Part shown: positions 60,344 through 64,000 of the stretch, one piece after another | Layout: every line of letters begins with the position of its first letter | Position numbering within the stretch: position 1 is the first letter of the stretch | From: an uncultured Chloroflexia bacterium | GTDB lineage: Bacteria > Chloroflexota > Anaerolineae > JAAYZQ01 | Assembly (NCBI GenBank): GCA_963700285.1 | Contig: CAVOXA010000010.1 | Location: forward strand, 1,888,001 to 1,952,000 | DNA length: 64,000 nucleotides | Direction of reading: 5' to 3' | Made by a program: the position numbers and the translations under genes | The notes under the pieces: generated by a model | Database searches by the model: none | What the model saw: only the letters and a program-made list of their open reading frames with translations | What the model was told of the DNA's origin: nothing

Positions 60344-60601
60344 TCATGGTAGGGGGCTCGTGGGTAGAGGTTCTACCCTGACGTTTTCTAGGACCCAGGC
60401 GCTTAGTTCTACGTCCCATTCTAGGTCGCCGGCGACTATCTTGCCGTTGATTAGGGGCGCGGGCGGGGGTTCGGTGAGGCCGTGGCACTCGACGAGGATG
60501 ATGGGCTGGGCGGTGTCGTGGTCGGGGATGATTTGCATGACGGTGTAGCTGTCGGGCGGGCAGGTCTTGGACCATTGTAGGTAGTCGGTGGGTTGGGTCA
60601 T
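60344..60601 (-). CDS. Small hypothetical protein
   Basis: 85 aa, GGGAGG RBS, own promoter TTGACG-17-TATAAT (60691-60663). Confidence 0.6.
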   Translation of the reverse strand: MTQPTDYLQWSKTCPPDSYTVMQIIPDHDTAQPIILVECHGLTEPPPAPLINGKIVAGDLEWDVELSAWVLENVRVEPLPTSPLP

Positions 60602-60699
60602 TAACTGGCCTCCCGTGTACGAGTGTCAAGCTCAGTGTAGGCAGATGTGCTGTCTGTTGAACATTATACGACGAAACGGGAATGGCGTCAAGTCTAGAC

Positions 60700-60713
60700 C
60701 GAACAAGTGTTCG
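60700..60713. promoter_or_regulatory. Candidate LexA (SOS) box
   Basis: CGAAC-AAGT-GTTCG between divergent promoters. Confidence 0.55.
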
Positions 60714-60828
60714 GAACGGGAAGGGGATAGGACACGGGTAGGGTTGCGGAGGGCTGCTTGCGGTTCAGGTCGATCCATGGTATACTTTGAGCAGCTCCGA
60801 GCATCTAATGTCCCAAGGGAGAGAGAGA

Positions 60829-61869
60829 ATGCGGGGTCGGCTTCGCGCTACGACGGTTGCTGTTGCAGTGTTGCTTGTGGCGATGGGGATCCTTGCCGTC
60901 GTGGTGGCTGGCTCCACCCTGGATGGCGCGTTGTATGAGGGTTCGGACTCTCAAGCGTTCCTACCAGTGGTAATGCAACCTCTGCCGACGCCATCCACTC
61001 CACCCATTTCTGTCCAGCGTTATCGAATGGAGTATGCCATTCAGACTGCGGAGCAATATGTGTGGATGCCTGCTCCGCGCTATTGGGATGGCAATGGGGT
61101 ACGCCAACTCTCGATTCTTCAGGTTTCCCCTGCCCCAAAAGATCGCTTCCGAGAGAAGAATGGAACGGAGATAGTCTACTGGGAGAACCCCGCCCAGATA
61201 ACCCAGACGTTCAAGGTTGTTTTTGATACGGAGATTGGCTTGCTGGAGTACGGCATTGACGAAAACAGACAGTGGGTGCCCTATGATGCCCTCTCAGATC
61301 TGTATCAGAAGAACACCGCGGCGACCATACACACACAAGTAGACCATCCGGAGATTCAAAGTCAGGCGAAACTGATCATTGGCGACGAGGCAAATCCATA
61401 CCACAAAGCGAAGCTGATCCATCGGTGGGTAGCGCAGAACATCGGAGAGGGCGACGGACCTGAAGATGCACTCTCAACTCTGCGGCGCGGGACTGCTGCC
61501 TGTGGAGGCCATGCCAACCTCTTTACAGCTCTGTGCCGGGCTAGCGGGGTGCCGGCTCGCAACGTATCGGGAATGCATAATCCTCGCGGGACGCTCTTCC
61601 AAAGCGGAAGCTTGCTTGACGGAACCCTGGGCTTTCATGTTTGGTCTGAGTTCTACCTACCTGACTACGGTTGGGTGCAGGTTGAGCCATCCGTGGACGC
61701 CATGTTCACACAGATTGACAGAGCCCGGCTACCAACCTCTAAGGGCAATGACATACATCTGGGGAACGGTCATGCTTGGGATGAGCTGTTCTGGTTTCAT
61801 GTTCCGTGGCATCGGACTAGTCAGCTAGAGCATAGTCCCGTGTGGTTGACGGTTACGAGGCTGCCCTAG
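60829..61869 (+). CDS. Exported transglutaminase-like domain protein
   Basis: Signal/TM helix, AFLPVVM, Pro-rich linker, GTAACGGHANLF, FHVWSEFY, GWVQVEPS. Promoter TTGCGG-17-TATACT; alternative start 60808. Confidence 0.85.
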   Translation: MRGRLRATTVAVAVLLVAMGILAVVVAGSTLDGALYEGSDSQAFLPVVMQPLPTPSTPPISVQRYRMEYAIQTAEQYVWMPAPRYWDGNGVRQLSILQVSPAPKDRFREKNGTEIVYWENPAQITQTFKVVFDTEIGLLEYGIDENRQWVPYDALSDLYQKNTAATIHTQVDHPEIQSQAKLIIGDEANPYHKAKLIHRWVAQNIGEGDGPEDALSTLRRGTAACGGHANLFTALCRASGVPARNVSGMHNPRGTLFQSGSLLDGTLGFHVWSEFYLPDYGWVQVEPSVDAMFTQIDRARLPTSKGNDIHLGNGHAWDELFWFHVPWHRTSQLEHSPVWLTVTRLP

Positions 61870-61965
61870 CCAGACTGCTACCCAGCCTATTTGTTTGCGG
61901 GCCGCGCTGAGCTGCACTCGGGGCGGTCCGCTGCTGATCTAGGGCTTTGAAGACAAGCGATTGGG

Positions 61966-63319
61966 CTACCAGCCGTCCTGCCGGTCCCAACGGTCTAGGG
62001 GAGGCAGGTGGCCGAGGCCGGCGGCGGTGGCGGCCTGGCGGCGGGCGTAGGCTTTGAGGCCGCGGTCGAAGTCTCTGAGGCGGGCGCTGGCCCACTCGCG
62101 GAACTTGCGGGGGACGCGGTAGCCGGGGGTTTCCATGATGCGCTCCTCGGCGACGTAGCCGACGGCGCCCTGGATGATGAGGAGGAGAGTTCCCTCCTGC
62201 GTCGGGACATGCTCGGCGTCGTCGGGGATGGTGGTGGCAGAGGCGCCGTCCAGGCCGTTGAGGGTGCAGAGGCGCTGGTACCAGACGCGGACGACGTCGC
62301 CGGACTGGGGCTCGGTGGATGAGTCAATGAAGAGGGTGTCGCCCCAGACCTCGTAGCTGATCCACTCGGGCGGGAACTTGGGCGAGCCGGCCGTGTAGGG
62401 CCACCAGACGCGGGTGACGCGGAGCAGGTCGGTGATGGTGGACAGGTCAATCTCGCGGCCGTTGGCGGAGAGGGTCAGAGTGGTGATGGTCTCCTGGGGG
62501 GCGATCTCGTTGAAGCGGCCGACGGCCCAGCGGATGGCCTCGTCGATGTCGGCCTGGTCGAAGGCGTAGGCGTAGCGCCACCAGGCGGGCTGGTCGTGGC
62601 GGATGCCGTAGCGTCCGCCGCAGCATCCGCCGATGCGGAAGGCTTTGCCGTGCTGGCTGGCCCAGTCGAGCAAGCGCTTGACGACGTCGGAGTCGACGGT
62701 CAGGGACTCGGATAGCTCGACGGCCCGCTGGTGGGCGGCGTAGTGGCAGGCGCCGTTGATGAGGTAGGTGATGTCATCGGCGGGGATGGTGGTCGACGTC
62801 GCGCCGTTGAGGCCGTTGAGGAGAGCGGGCGTGGAGTACCAGATTCTGACCTTTTCGCCGGTAGCGGGTTCGGTGCGGCTGTCGACGTAGAGGATGGCGC
62901 CGGGCCAGATGTCGAACTGGGCCCAGGCGGGCGGGTAGCCGGGGTCGGCGCTGTCGTAGGGCCACCAGACCTTGTGGACACGGAGGATGTCCGAAAGACT
63001 GGAGATGTCGATCTCGCGGCCATCAGCGGAGAGGGTCAGGGTGGTGACGGCCAGGCGGGGGCTGTGGCGGTTGTATTCCTCGATGGCCTTCTCGATGGCT
63101 TCGTCGACGACGTCGGCGTCCCATTTCTCGTTGCCGCTGTCCTGCAGGTGGAGCTCGACGCGGTCGCGGAGGGTGGATCAGGGTCTCGGTGGAGGAGAGA
63201 ACGGGGACGGGGTCGGGGGCGCCGTGGGCGTGCTCGAGCTGGGTGCGGACGCGGTCGCGGATGGCGTTGAGGGTCAGGCTGCTGGCGGTGGTGGCCGGGG
63301 TGCCGGTGCCGGTGGACAT
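61966..63319 (-). CDS. Putative phage head-tail adaptor-like protein with internal duplication (frameshift at ~63176)
   Basis: Open frame 63177-61966 holds two homologous units (DEAI...TTLTLSAxGREIDxS...VWWPY...VRxWY...LNGLxGAxxTTIPxD). N-terminus TLNAIRDRVR. Confidence 0.55.
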
Positions 63320-63329
63320 GGCGTTAGCT

Positions 63330-63565
63330 CGTTGGAAGGTTGGAACGTTGGAACGTTCGTGGGTGGCCGTTGCTGTTGACCGAGCCACGAATTGCACGAA
63401 TTCTGCGAATTGGGTTCATGGTGTCTCCCAAGCTCACCGCAAAGACGCGAAGGGCGCCAAGGTTTTCGGAAGACGGCTGGACTGTGGTCCAGCCGGAGCA
63501 GTTGGAAAGCAAGCCCCTCGTTGGGTAGTTGGGGATTGCTTCGTCGCTTCGCTCCTCGCAATGAC
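63330..63565. repeat. Cluster of short intergenic repeats
   Basis: GTTGGAA(G/C) x3, GCCACGAATTGCACGAATT (also at 60282), CACCGCAAAGACGCGAAGGGCGCCAAG, GGGATTGCTTCGTCGCTTCGCTCCTCGCAATGAC. Confidence 0.7.
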
Positions 63566-63569
63566 GTGA

Positions 63570-63951
63570 TCACGAGACTGTCTCCTGGTCGGGGTTGGTG
63601 AAGTCCCAGCCGGCTTTTTGGCGCCAGACGTAGATGGTGCCGGCGTCGAGGTAGAAGGTGACCTGGCCGTTGGCGTTGGTGCGGCCGGAGGCGATGGTTG
63701 TGGTGCCGCCAGCGTCGCTGGTGACCCAGACGCGGGCGTCGGGAATGGGGCTGGCGTCGGCGTCGGAGGTCAGGGTGTAGGTGAAGGTGGTGGCACCGGT
63801 GCCCGCGCCGATGGCGGCGAGCTGGGGCTTGGTGTAGATAAAGACGGGCTCGATGCTGACGTTGGAGGTGCTGGAGCTGGCGGTCAGGAGGACCAGGTCG
63901 GCGCTGCTCTCGGCCTGGGTGAGCGTGAAGAGGTAGACGCCGGGGGAGAGC
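63570..63951 (-). pseudogene. 5'-truncated virion-like beta-sandwich protein
   Basis: Manual translation LSPGVYLFTLTQAE...PIPDARVWVT...GRTNANGQVTFYLDAGTIYVWRQKAGWDFTNPDQETVS*. No start codon upstream. Confidence 0.5.
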
Positions 63952-64000
63952 AGTGATCGATTGAGGTCAGAGCTCTTCGGCCAGTCTCAAAACCTCGGCA

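Larger units (their letters stand above)
58770..64000 (-). mobile_element. Decayed prophage/virus-like structural region (extends to window edge)
   Basis: Co-oriented genes with strong C-ending codon bias, adaptor-like and nozzle-like proteins, truncated ORFs and interspersed repeats. Confidence 0.6.

Overview
GC-rich bacterial window, most likely Chloroflexota/Anaerolineae (inferred from an EVEK-repeat lipoprotein linker, an LPxV-type motif and a Gram-positive-type LexA box). Several genes are broken by single-base indels without in-frame stops, which looks like long-read error. In order: an archaeal-type HMG-CoA synthase/thiolase/DUF35 operon; small enzymes; a tyrosine-recombinase relic; an alpha/beta-hydrolase/acyl-CoA ligase fusion; an IS66-family element; a candidate conflict/immunity module; polA-argS-thiolase-kdgK-eda; an IS630-truncated multiheme cytochrome; a Mo-oxidoreductase; a cold-shock gene with an RRM relic; a ~19 kb kinase-free sugar catabolic locus; and a decayed prophage tail region carrying a transglutaminase-like cargo gene. 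The two best candidates for an undescribed system are (1) two coupled STAND-type NTPases (one with TPRs, no effector) convergent on a Zn-ribbon/CHAT caspase-like protease, whose two promoters are unusually similar, and (2) the sugar locus, whose core resembles the sulfoglycolytic transketolase (SqwFGHI) module with extra enzymes. All calls come from motif reading only; no database searches were run.
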